A DNA stretch of 63,657 nt, filler included, from 3 parts of 3 records of this genome joined end to end with filler, not necessarily neighbours in it, one strand, 5' to 3'. Shown: positions 19,554 to 29,240, counted from the first letter of the whole stretch. The notes: generated from the letters alone by a model not told the origin. Numbers and translations: made by a program.

Positions 19554-21005
19554 CTATTTATTCAATTCAACAAATTTATATAATTGGTTAAACTTCATAT
19601 GACCATATACTTTAAAAATATGCTCATTCCTATTTGCTTCTTTAATTAACTCATCTGGGTAGGATAGAATTTCAAGCCTTCCATCCCCAGCATCTTCATA
19701 AAAACATGTTTTATATCTTGGGTATCTGTTAGTATTTATCTCTTGAATCTCAAACAGAAATGAAAAAGTCTGTTCTGGACTAATATTTGACAAGCTCTCA
19801 ATAATATCCGCATTGAGTAATCCTTTAATATTCTCTTTTTCTTCGTTTTTCGACAAAATAAAACTTGTCATTAACACTGAAGCGCATTGTTTAATCTCTT
19901 GATTTATATCTAGTTGGTAATTAGGAGTGAGTTTTTTATACTCCTGTTCAACAAAATCGAACTTATCTGATAGTGTTGCGCCTTTATAACCTGACATATC
20001 AATGCCTAATTCATCAATAACTACATTTAGATATTTGGGACGAACTCCTTTGATATTTATGCTGGGAATTTCCTGTTTTAAAACGGTTTGATAATATACT
20101 TCGTAAACGTCCTCCCCTTTATAATCATCATTTAACATCACATAATATTGGAATGTACCAAAGAGTGAAACATAGCAATAAAGCTTCTTGGTATTATCTG
20201 AATATGGCTGTGAAAATAATACTATTTCATGCGTTGGATAATTATTTTCTATAGAGGGTCTATTTTCTTCAACAAATCTATCAAATGGACTTAACGGAAA
20301 AAATGGTATTAGCACATTGGAGTGAACGATATCAGAAGTGCTGTCATTCTTTATTTGCAAGACGTTCTTCAACTCATCACGAGAAATACCATTACTTAAG
20401 GCAAAACCTATAGCAATTTTACAAATACCTTTTCTCAATTTTCCATTGAAATCATCAACGCCCTCAGTGAAATGTAATCCTAATATACTCGTATCTTGAA
20501 TATTAGTGATGTATTCTATTGAAATATCCTGAATTACAACTCCATTGCCTTCTAATTCCTTTAAAACAACAGTTTCAAATTGCTTAATCCGCTTTGTATT
20601 TGCATACAACTTCAGCTCTTTACTTTTAGTATCATATTCGTAATAAGGCTCATCAGGAGTTACACATCTATCTTTGTAATTAATATCTATCTTTTCTTTT
20701 AGCGTATTGTCTTTATATAAATATCCTCTAAGTATCTTGGATCTACCGCTTTTACCATGGTCTTTTTTTACAAAAGCATCTGATAGCTGCACAGTAATTA
20801 AATCGAAAAGTGAGCAAAATGGAGCATCAATATCAGTCCCAAGTTGACTTCCACATTGGGCACAAAGAATATCCTCAACTTTTAGCTTTCCGTGTAAACC
20901 ATTAGGTATTATATGTTCTTTATGATTAAGGGCATAACCGCTTTCATTAATTCTAGCATGACCTTGTTCAACTAATTCATTATTGCATTTATAACATCTT
21001 GGCAT
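19554..21005 (-). CDS. HNH endonuclease domain protein with a long unknown C-terminus
   Basis: CYKC...EHIIPNGLHG...LCAQC at the N-terminus. Confidence 0.8.
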   Translation of the reverse strand: MPRCYKCNNELVEQGHARINESGYALNHKEHIIPNGLHGKLKVEDILCAQCGSQLGTDIDAPFCSLFDLITVQLSDAFVKKDHGKSGRSKILRGYLYKDNTLKEKIDINYKDRCVTPDEPYYEYDTKSKELKLYANTKRIKQFETVVLKELEGNGVVIQDISIEYITNIQDTSILGLHFTEGVDDFNGKLRKGICKIAIGFALSNGISRDELKNVLQIKNDSTSDIVHSNVLIPFFPLSPFDRFVEENRPSIENNYPTHEIVLFSQPYSDNTKKLYCYVSLFGTFQYYVMLNDDYKGEDVYEVYYQTVLKQEIPSINIKGVRPKYLNVVIDELGIDMSGYKGATLSDKFDFVEQEYKKLTPNYQLDINQEIKQCASVLMTSFILSKNEEKENIKGLLNADIIESLSNISPEQTFSFLFEIQEINTNRYPRYKTCFYEDAGDGRLEILSYPDELIKEANRNEHIFKVYGHMKFNQLYKFVELNK

Positions 21006-21149
21006 AGAAGACTTATTTTCTATTTAGTTAAAGAAGTAAATATAATAACAATCTTTACTTCTTATCCTTTATACATACAACATATTTCGATTATACTTTG
21101 GGGCTATCCTTAACAAACCTTCTGAAGCCAAACGGCATTTCATTGTTAA

Positions 21150-21300
21150 AAACATCGTTTTCTGCACCGCTTAAAACGATATGATCAAGAACTTCAATGC
21201 CTAGGATTTTACCTCCTTCTTTGAGTTTTTCTGTAAGCTGTTTGTCTGCATTAGAAAATACAGTATTGCCCGATGGGTGATTGTGCGAAAGAATAACCAT
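21150..21300 (-). pseudogene. RadC/JAB-domain C-terminal remnant
   Basis: ILSHNHPSGN..SNAD..T..L..GG.ILGIEVLDHIV; N-terminus missing. Confidence 0.8.
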
Positions 21301-21497
21301 CCACACCCATAAAACCACTCCACCTTACGCACCAACCTCACCACTTGCGGAAAAACCACCCTGCCAAGAAAAAATGGCACCAAACACAATCTTTAACCAA
21401 AATATCCCTATTCGAGAAAAACAGTAAAGAGTACGCTAGTACTTTAAATAAGTGCTATGAAGAGTTACATTACATTTAGATTATTGGGGTACTTTAA

Positions 21498-21878
21498 TTA
21501 GTTGGAATCTTTCAAAGTTAGAATTACCGGGAAGTTGCTAATTGTTAAATAACCTCTTACTTGTTTTATTTTTTTACCATTTTGAAGAACGCCATCAACT
21601 TGAAAAGAACAATCCCCTGAAATTAAAAAAGGAATATGCAGATACTCTTTGGGAGGAATATTCTTAATTACTGCATTTTTTCTAATCTTCCCTTCATCTG
21701 GACCAACCGAGATATTTAACTCCATTATTTCAAAGCCTGTGTTATTAATTATTTCAATTGTTACAATTGGTTCAAAACAACCTAATTGTTTGGCCGAGTA
21801 CATACCAAGTGCAAATGTGATTATCAGTCCTAAAAAAGCAATGGATATAAATAGTATTTTTTTTGCAAAATTTGTCAT
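21498..21878 (-). CDS. Small membrane-anchored hypothetical protein
   Basis: N-terminal TM; start overlaps the stop of the upstream lipoprotein gene. Confidence 0.65.
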   Translation of the reverse strand: MTNFAKKILFISIAFLGLIITFALGMYSAKQLGCFEPIVTIEIINNTGFEIMELNISVGPDEGKIRKNAVIKNIPPKEYLHIPFLISGDCSFQVDGVLQNGKKIKQVRGYLTISNFPVILTLKDSN

Positions 21879-22960
21879 TGTGTCAACATAACCTTTCCTC
21901 CTCTGTAACAATTTCTTGATGTCCAGCTTCCTATAAGCTGTGTTTCATCTCCACTAAGAGTCATTTTAACGCCCGAACAATAAGAAAGACCATCTGGGTT
22001 TTCGAAATTATAAGGATTAGAAACTTCTAAAATGATTTGTCCATTAATAATGCTACCAGAAAACCTTCTTTGCTGAAATGCTTCTCCTCTTTTTATTTCA
22101 TATCGTCCACGTAGAATATTATCACATTGCGATAAATAGAGAATCATTTCCCAATCACCTCCTGAATCAGGGTTACCCAAACTTCCTTTCATAATTACAT
22201 CAAACTTTCTTTTCCCCCTCCTATACACCAGTTGGTTTGCATCATCTGGAAAATCGCTTAAGTTGGACACAAAGAAATATTTCTGTTCCAGTAATAGCAT
22301 AAGCAATTCGTCTTCTGTTGCATTAGGATATTGCTTTTCAATGTTACGCCCAAAATTATTGTTATGAAGATCCATTGCTTTATCTAATTCTGGATTATTA
22401 TCTACCTCTTCATGTGCATTACCCATCTTTTCAGCAAAATCTACATTAGAACGCCTTGCCATTAAAGCACTCCAGTAGGCATGGTATAATGCGTTTGCCT
22501 TGCTTCCGTCAAAAATTGCATTGTCAATTTCACAAGGAAAACTTGCAATAGTTCTACCCCTCGAGATTTCAACACTTCTAAGACTTAACCCTGCATCTAT
22601 CGGGTTTAATAAAACAACTTTCCACTCTTCGATGGTCATCATGTTTACTAAATCCCAAACATTTGCACCTGCCTGTGCAGTGGTAGTTTTTAATTCGTTG
22701 TCACTCTGAATTTTAATATAATCGAAAATTCTTCGAGCAAGAAGCTCTTCATCATCAAATAACTCTGGGTTATTATTTGTCACATTTTCATAGGCAATTA
22801 AAAACTCATCATAAGTAGGTGGAGTAGAAGCGATAAACTCTTCAAAGGAAATTAACCCGATTGGTTCCCTAGCTACAGAGTTTTCATCGATATAGTTGTC
22901 GCCCTTGTTACAAGCTAATAGTAGCATGCTTACGATGCATGTTAGATAATGATATTTCAT
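21875..22960 (-). CDS. Lipoprotein with a DUF6973-like domain
   Basis: Lipobox LLLAC; ANALYHAYWSA...AHE...MDLHNNNFGR. Confidence 0.7.
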   Translation of the reverse strand: MKYHYLTCIVSMLLLACNKGDNYIDENSVAREPIGLISFEEFIASTPPTYDEFLIAYENVTNNNPELFDDEELLARRIFDYIKIQSDNELKTTTAQAGANVWDLVNMMTIEEWKVVLLNPIDAGLSLRSVEISRGRTIASFPCEIDNAIFDGSKANALYHAYWSALMARRSNVDFAEKMGNAHEEVDNNPELDKAMDLHNNNFGRNIEKQYPNATEDELLMLLLEQKYFFVSNLSDFPDDANQLVYRRGKRKFDVIMKGSLGNPDSGGDWEMILYLSQCDNILRGRYEIKRGEAFQQRRFSGSIINGQIILEVSNPYNFENPDGLSYCSGVKMTLSGDETQLIGSWTSRNCYRGGKVMLTQ

Positions 22961-23128
22961 AATTTAAGGTTATTAAACGTTTTATAAGCGAAAGGTAAAA
23001 AAGGAATAAATAATAATCAAGCCTTCTGTAATTCAATATATCAACAGGTTTTGTAGAATCTTGTACTGTGCGTTTTGGTAATTTGTATTAGCTGTTAAAG
23101 TGGTTCAAAATCCATTGGAGGCTTAATC

Positions 23129-23374
23129 ATGAATGTTACAATTAGGAAAAGAAGATTTGAGAATCAAGATATCACTTTAGGTGAATTAATCAAAGCACGT
23201 TGTCATTGTGCAATAATCATTAAACGTTCTGATAAGGGCGAAAAATTACTCCCATTGTTTGAGCGCCTTGATAAAGAGATTGAAAGACGAAAAAAACAAG
23301 AACTGATTCTTGCTAAGGCGTTGGAAATCGCTAATGACAATGAAAAAATTTGTAATACAAAATGCGATACATAA
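23129..23374 (+). CDS. Small hypothetical protein next to the second att site
   Basis: GGAGG SD; LLPLFERLDKEI; its 3' end overlaps the arm repeats. Confidence 0.65.
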   Translation: MNVTIRKRRFENQDITLGELIKARCHCAIIIKRSDKGEKLLPLFERLDKEIERRKKQELILAKALEIANDNEKICNTKCDT

Positions 23375-23613
23375 TGTGATACATTTTCACAGATTGAAGA
23401 ATTAAGTGTTTAAAATAACATTATAGCACAATGACTTAACTACTATTAAGTACTAATTTTCGCTCCGACAACCGGCACCATTAAAAAGCCATCCCTCGCG
23501 GATGGCTTTTTCTATTATTACAATAATAACAACACCTTACCACATAAATAACATTTTTAATTGCTTTGTAAGCATAGTATGTTACACTATTTTGTGATAC
23601 ATTTTGTAATACA
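23351..23613 (+). other. attP-like site of a second element: tRNA 3'-end core flanked by 12-bp-period arm repeats
   Basis: TGTAATACA/TGCGATACA/TGTGATACA at 23351, 23363, 23375; core TCCGACAACCGGCACCA at 23464-23480; TGTGATACA/TGTAATACA at 23593, 23605. Confidence 0.7.
23483..23511. terminator. Bidirectional intrinsic terminator after the tRNA 3' fragment
   Basis: AAAAAGCCATCC-CTCGC-GGATGGCTTTTT. Confidence 0.8.
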
Positions 23614-23628
23614 TTTTAGGAGTTGAGC

Positions 23629-24903
23629 ATGGGATTACAATTGAGAAACGGTTGGTATTATTTCTATAAGCGCGTCCCAACCCATGTTTCAGATTATGAT
23701 ACGAGAGATTTTGTACGAATATCGCTAAAGACAAGGGATAAATCGGAAGCCCAGAAGAAAGCCCTTGTTTACGAAGAGGAATATAGTCGATTTTGGCAAG
23801 AGCTTATTCAAAAAGGCGTAAAAGCTCAGGAAGCTGATTATAAAAGAGCGATTGCCATTGCCCATACTCATGGCTTTGCCTATAAGAATGCTTTAGAAAT
23901 AGCCAAAACATCTTCATTTAGAGAAATCGTCAATAGGCTAGATACTGTTGTTAAACAGAGCACTCCAAAGCATATTGAAGAAGCCGTATTGGGAATGCAG
24001 GATATTCCAAATCTTCTAATATCAGAATGCATTAGCGAATTTTGGAAACATTGCGCAGATAGGTTTACTAATAAATCTGAACACCAGATTACGAAATACA
24101 AGAACCCAAGAGAGAGGGCGCTAAAGGACTTTATTACTATTGTTGGCGATAAAGACTTAAAGGATATTAATAGACAGGATATTCTTAAATTTCACGAAAG
24201 CCTAATGAGTCAAATTACAAATGGATTAAATGCAGATACAGCCAATAAAAAAATTAGGCATATAAAAGACATTTTCCGTACGGTGGCGAATGCAAAGCAA
24301 ATTGAATTTAATGAAGATGTACTGTTTTCCCGAATAAGATTTAAAACAACTAAAAAATCACGACCTCCATTTGAAGATGCATTTGTACAAGAAAATTTAC
24401 TTCCTAACTTAAAAGGATTAAATGAAGATGCCCGAATGCTAATTTATGCTATGGCTGATACAGGTGCTAGAGAATCAGAGTTAGTTGGACTTGATAAAAA
24501 TGATATCATTCTTGATGCTCCAATTCCTTACATTTGGATTAGGCCTAAAGAAAAACGTGACTTAAAGACCACTCATTCTGAACGTAAGATACCCCTTGTT
24601 GGCACTGCACGTTATGCATTTCAACAAATGCCACACGGCTTTAACCGTTACAAAGAGGCCGATTCAATCTCTGCCTTAATCAATAAATATTTTAAAAATA
24701 ATAATCTACGGCCAACTGAAAATCATTCACTCTATTCATTACGCCACACATTCAAAGACCGTTTGCGAGATATAGGCACACCTGAAGAAGTGATTGACCA
24801 ACTTATGGGGCACCGGACAAACAAACCTAAATATGGTCGTGGACACCTACTTGAAACTACACACGAATGGCTACAAAAAATAGCTTTTACACCACCTAAA
24901 TAA
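23629..24903 (+). CDS. Tyrosine recombinase with a DUF6538-like N-terminus
   Basis: LQLRNGWYYFYKRVP; TGARESE; LYSLRHTFKDRL...LMGH...YG; AGGAG SD. Confidence 0.9.
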   Translation: MGLQLRNGWYYFYKRVPTHVSDYDTRDFVRISLKTRDKSEAQKKALVYEEEYSRFWQELIQKGVKAQEADYKRAIAIAHTHGFAYKNALEIAKTSSFREIVNRLDTVVKQSTPKHIEEAVLGMQDIPNLLISECISEFWKHCADRFTNKSEHQITKYKNPRERALKDFITIVGDKDLKDINRQDILKFHESLMSQITNGLNADTANKKIRHIKDIFRTVANAKQIEFNEDVLFSRIRFKTTKKSRPPFEDAFVQENLLPNLKGLNEDARMLIYAMADTGARESELVGLDKNDIILDAPIPYIWIRPKEKRDLKTTHSERKIPLVGTARYAFQQMPHGFNRYKEADSISALINKYFKNNNLRPTENHSLYSLRHTFKDRLRDIGTPEEVIDQLMGHRTNKPKYGRGHLLETTHEWLQKIAFTPPK

Positions 24904-25183
24904 AACACTTCAATATCAGACTAAGTTATTGTAATTGCCACATTTTCGACACAATTACAACCTCGAGTCGCAATGAGATTATTTTTTCGTCAAATCAATA
25001 TTTGGTATTCATTTGACCGCCTCACATACCACATAAAGTATGGTTTCGGATTTGCTTGACAATAAAATAGTTTACCATAACAATTATAGATATTCAGTGC
25101 GTAAACAATTTGATAAGAGAGGGATAAAATGAATCTACGCTTGAAGGAATAATAATAACCAACGACTTGAAAGGATAAGTCCG

Positions 25184-25486
25184 ATGAATACAAAAATCGT
25201 AATATCACACAAACACACACACAATGATTACCTTAAAGACATTATCGCAGATTTGGTAACTCAACGTCACAAACTAAACCTTACGCAAGAAGAGCTAAAC
25301 GCACGCATTGGCGTAGCAGACAGACTTGTAAGCAAGTGGGAGTGTGGTTTACGAACACCAAACGCATTTAATTTGTATTGTTGGGCATATGCTCTGGGAC
25401 TAAAGCTGACCACGGTAACACGGTTCGCAAATGACAATATTTATGCCCCTCCTCCGGCTAAAACGTCAAAATATGCTCACAATTGA
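25184..25486 (+). CDS. XRE-family HTH transcriptional regulator
   Basis: RHKLNLTQEELNARIGVADRLVSKWECGLRTP. Confidence 0.85.
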   Translation: MNTKIVISHKHTHNDYLKDIIADLVTQRHKLNLTQEELNARIGVADRLVSKWECGLRTPNAFNLYCWAYALGLKLTTVTRFANDNIYAPPPAKTSKYAHN

Positions 25487-25556
25487 TACCTATACTAACA
25501 TTCTTACACCCTTCAAACTGACCGCCAGTGGAATTCATTGGCGGTCTTTTTAGGTA

Positions 25557-26348
25557 TTAATTAAATTCTTGTATTAGCCTATCGTAGTTGAACACCTTAA
25601 TGCTTGTTTTTAAATCCCCAACCTGTTCAAACTTCTCTTTTAAGAATTTTTTCATCTGATTAACAGTTTCGTCGGTCACAACAACAAACTCAAACTCAAA
25701 AGTTTCTTTTTGAGAATCATTTAAGCTTCTGTGAAGTAATTTATAATCGTTTATTAAACGTTGCCATTGTGAATTATTCATAAAATTAAAGCTTCTTAAA
25801 TATTTAACCTCAAAACATTTTACCCTATTTTCCTGTCTTGAGATACCATCAAACTTCATTTTAAAAATACCAAATTGTAGTTCCATATCTAGCTCAAGAG
25901 GAGCTTTGAGTTCTTTTTCAAGCTTCAATATTGCTAGTTTTTCTGCAATCTTAGCATCCCTATGTTTTCTAATTGCTATATCTCTTGCAAGCTCTAAATC
26001 CTTTATCCTTTCTGATTTTTGACGAGGGACAATTTCATTTGTTTCAACGCTATCACCTTTTAACATCTCATCTGTATCAAGTTCTTCTGGGTCTAGTTTT
26101 CTAATTGCAATATCCATGAAGTTTGCTTCATCATTAAAATCAGAAGGTGCATATAAAACTCTATGATTAAAATTGAGGGTTAAAAAAAAGAAAATAATTA
26201 AAGCGGAAGGAAAGAAAATTAAAAACCATAAATATATATATTGATTTTCTAACTCTAGGAAAGGCAGAATTGCTGTCCCACTAGCCTCTGCGATCCCAGC
26301 AAATATGGCTATAACAGTAAGCGGATTTCTAATTGTTCTATTTTTCAT
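25557..26348 (-). CDS. Two-TM protein with a putative C-terminal PD-(D/E)XK nuclease-like domain
   Basis: NPLTVIAIFAG and LYAPSDF membrane region; AE...FDG...FEVKY. Confidence 0.6.
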   Translation of the reverse strand: MKNRTIRNPLTVIAIFAGIAEASGTAILPFLELENQYIYLWFLIFFPSALIIFFFLTLNFNHRVLYAPSDFNDEANFMDIAIRKLDPEELDTDEMLKGDSVETNEIVPRQKSERIKDLELARDIAIRKHRDAKIAEKLAILKLEKELKAPLELDMELQFGIFKMKFDGISRQENRVKCFEVKYLRSFNFMNNSQWQRLINDYKLLHRSLNDSQKETFEFEFVVVTDETVNQMKKFLKEKFEQVGDLKTSIKVFNYDRLIQEFN

Positions 26349-26542
26349 TATAACTACACATTAACATTCTAAAAGTAATATTTTGCAGTGGAATTATGCG
26401 CCTGAATAAAATTAATTGCAAGTAAGGGTAGAATTTAATTAGCCTCAAAAAAACACCGCTAAAAACAGACACGTAATATATAATAGTATTATCATGGGGT
26501 AAGAATTAGAAAATAATTCAAGCTATTTTTTGCGTCAGTTCC

Positions 26543-26561
26543 AGTGCAAATTGAGTGCAAA
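26543..26561 (+). repeat. Paired AGTGCAAA repeats (11-bp period), putative integrase arm sites, right end
   Basis: AGTGCAAA at 26543-26550 and 26554-26561, same orientation and spacing as 139-157. Confidence 0.7.
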
Positions 26562-26585
26562 CAAAAAAAAGCGCCCAGAGTGGAA

Positions 26586-26685
26586 NNNNNNNNNNNNNNN
26601 NNNNNNNNNNNNNNNNNNNNNNNNNNNNNTTAATTAATTAANNNNNNNNNNNNNNNNNNNNNNNNNNNNNNNNNNNNNNNNNNNN
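26586..26685. other. Artificial contig linker / gap
   Basis: N-run with central TTAATTAATTAA (stops in all six frames), 100 bp. Confidence 0.97.
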
Positions 26686-26776
26686 AAAAGATAAAGTGAA
26701 ATTGCAAATTGTTCCTATATTTACGCTACTTTAAAGATAATCACTAACAAGTATTGAATCTAAAATATTTACCCCA

Positions 26777-28105
26777 ATGAAAGAAAACGACAGCAAAAAT
26801 CCGTTAAAAAAGCTTTTAGACAGATTACAGGAAGACTCGTGGCAACTGGAATTATTAGTTTCAGGGTTTACCATTTTTGGATTGTTTTCTGCCCTTGGTC
26901 CGGTTGGAGATGCTATAACCAAAGCACAATATGAGGGAGATGTACTAAGGAACTTTTACTATATTGTATATGCAGCTATCTTCATCATGATTCTTAACCT
27001 GATCATACATGTAGCTTTACGCAGTTTATGGATCGGAGCTTTAGGATTACGTTATATTTCTGGTGAGGTTGAAATTGAGAAACTAAATTACAGTAAGCGT
27101 TTTGCAAAATATCTTAAAAAGAAAGTTGGTTCATTTGATCACTATATAGAAAGGCTCGAAAAACTTTGTAGCACCATCTTCGCCATCTCCTTCTTGCTAA
27201 TTTTCTATGTGGCTGCTATTTTCATCTTACAGTATTTTTTGAATTTTTTAGGATACCTCGAGTCAAACGACAATTCAATAGTGTTTAACATTCTTCTGTA
27301 TTCAATAACTTTTTTTACCCTTATAGGTGCAATTCTTACATTTTTTGACTACTTAACTCAGGGACTGCTCAAAAAAAACAAATGGATCGCAAAATTGTAT
27401 TTCCCATTCTATTGGGTATTTAGTTATCTAACCCTGTCATTTTTATACAGACCTCTGTATTATAATCTCATTGACAACAAGTTTGGCAGGAGAATAAGTT
27501 TTATGTTATTGCCTTTTTATATTTCTGTTTTATTTATAGCCACCCTTTACAAAGAACAATCCGGATTCATAAACTCAGGGTTGTATATATCAAGCTCTAT
27601 TAAGGCAATAAGCAGTAACTATGAAGATTTAGTTGAAAAAAATGATTTGCTTATTTCTACTCTGACTATACAATCAAAGGTAATTACTGAACCTTATATA
27701 AGAGTGCGAATTCCGCTTACAAGAGGAATAGAAAGCAGCCTGAAGAGATTTAATGAAAGCCTGAAAACCTGTGAAGATGAAAACCGCTATAAATCCACTA
27801 TGGATTTATTTGGATATACCATTGAATCTACATTCAAAGGAGATAAAGATAGCTTACAAATTGAGTTTCTAAAAACATATCAAAATGTGTATAACATAAA
27901 AATTGATTCCATTCCCTGCAATCCGAAATTTGTAATAGCTAATGAGCGAATTGGAAATAATCTGGAATATAGCTTTGAAACCTACATTGGGACAAGCCAT
28001 TTAGAAGAGGGAAAACATGTGTTGTATTATTACAGACCCAAACACCCAAAAACCGACTCTACAGTGACTATACGAGAAATTCCATTTTGGTATTATAAGG
28101 AGTGA
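26777..28105 (+). CDS. Multi-pass membrane hypothetical protein
   Basis: LQEDSWQLELLVSGF...LRSLWIGALGLRYISG, a pattern seen in Bacteroidota hypotheticals. Confidence 0.8.
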   Translation: MKENDSKNPLKKLLDRLQEDSWQLELLVSGFTIFGLFSALGPVGDAITKAQYEGDVLRNFYYIVYAAIFIMILNLIIHVALRSLWIGALGLRYISGEVEIEKLNYSKRFAKYLKKKVGSFDHYIERLEKLCSTIFAISFLLIFYVAAIFILQYFLNFLGYLESNDNSIVFNILLYSITFFTLIGAILTFFDYLTQGLLKKNKWIAKLYFPFYWVFSYLTLSFLYRPLYYNLIDNKFGRRISFMLLPFYISVLFIATLYKEQSGFINSGLYISSSIKAISSNYEDLVEKNDLLISTLTIQSKVITEPYIRVRIPLTRGIESSLKRFNESLKTCEDENRYKSTMDLFGYTIESTFKGDKDSLQIEFLKTYQNVYNIKIDSIPCNPKFVIANERIGNNLEYSFETYIGTSHLEEGKHVLYYYRPKHPKTDSTVTIREIPFWYYKE

Positions 28106-28295
28106 ATGTTGGATCACTTGAGAATTTTGGTGGATTTTTAATTTTTAAAAATGCTATTATAATTACGCATAAAAATCTGACCATCAAATACTTAGCATCT
28201 ACGTTGTAATTTTCTGTTTGCTAGAAATATAGATTGTTGCAAAAACTTCAGTTTATTCTTTTATTGACCACCTACTTATATACCTTGTTGAAGAC

Positions 28296-28751
28296 TTACT
28301 TATTGTGGTTAGTTATTAATTCATCAATTTTTGGAATAAGTGGTCGAAAAAAAGATTTTAAACGTTCTAAACTTTCCTCATCCTGTGCATAATCAGAAAC
28401 AACATCTATCGGTCTTTTACCAACTTCATTTTTTATTTCTAAATCAGCTCCTTTTTCTAATAATATTTTTAGCATTTCAAGAGTTTCTGGATATGGCTCA
28501 CTTCTGTTGTTTTGAATCATTCCATCGATACAATAGTCAATTACTTCACTTAATGGATATCCCCTGTCAATATTGACATCAGCACCTTGTTCAATAACAA
28601 ATTCAAGAGTTCTAGGATTATCAGAATTTATTGCTGAAATTATTGGTCTAATACCTATACTATCTTTTTCATTTATATCCATTCCATTCTGAATCAACCT
28701 TAAAGCTGTTGTCAGATCAGATTCAAATATATATGAATTCAGTTCTCTCAT
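28296..28751 (-). CDS. Ankyrin-repeat protein
   Basis: LIQNGMDINE, QGADVN, LLEKGADLE repeats. Confidence 0.85.
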   Translation of the reverse strand: MRELNSYIFESDLTTALRLIQNGMDINEKDSIGIRPIISAINSDNPRTLEFVIEQGADVNIDRGYPLSEVIDYCIDGMIQNNRSEPYPETLEMLKILLEKGADLEIKNEVGKRPIDVVSDYAQDEESLERLKSFFRPLIPKIDELITNHNK

Positions 28752-28862
28752 TATTAAAATAAATTTTTTATAGAGCTCTTGTTCGTGCCAAATTATATGT
28801 CAATCAGGTTTCAATAATTAATATTTTATTTCAAACTAAATTTTCGGCTATGTTAATTAACC

Positions 28863-29130
28863 ACAACTAGCAGCGAGGAGTTATAAACTTCTCCCTCGCC
28901 ACCCATTTCCTGCGGCGAGGCGAACTTTTAGGTTCGTTTCGCCAGTTTTGTGCTAATTTTCTGTTCATTTAGTTATTAAAGGTAATTATTCTTAGCCAAA
29001 ACAACGAATAAAAGAATCCCAAAAGTGAAAAAATAACATGAGCCGTTTGGGTGTAGAGAACTTTCATGCCAGCGCAAACGCACACTGTGCTTTATTTTAA
29101 AATTGGTATAAATTTATTTGGCACAAGCGG
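28863..29130. repeat. ~265-bp dispersed repeat, copy 1 (upstream of the ankyrin gene)
   Basis: Colinear with 30355-30613, e.g. TTTGTGCTAATTTTC, TATTAAAGGTAATTATTCT, CAACGAATAAAAG, TATTTGGCACAAGCGG. Confidence 0.85.
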
Positions 29131-29240
29131 AGGAATGTCGGTAGTACATTTTTCAAAGGAGCGCAGCACTAAGGTTTTAACAAAGCCACCTTTCGACCAC
29201 GCTCAAGGCAGGAGCGATAAAATCGCGCGGCAGCTCGTGC

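Larger units (their letters stand above)
31..26585. mobile_element. Integrative mobilizable element / genomic island (int + HTH + T4CP + MOBF relaxase, no mating-pair genes) with defence-type cargo
   Basis: tRNA fragment and integrase at left. Paired AGTGCAAA repeats occur at both ends (139-157 and 26543-26561). The right att core is not visible and probably lies in the gap. Confidence 0.8.

Noticed and set aside
26562-26585. AAAAAAAAGCGCCCAGAGTGGAA read as the 3' end of the restored tRNA-Ala
   Set aside because: Does not match the expected TGGAG reverse complement; more likely half of a terminator downstream of a tRNA lost in the gap.
26630-26641. Palindrome TTAATTAATTAA, repeated at 55219-55230
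   Set aside because: Synthetic six-frame-stop spacer inside N-runs; not biological. Contig order across it is unproven.
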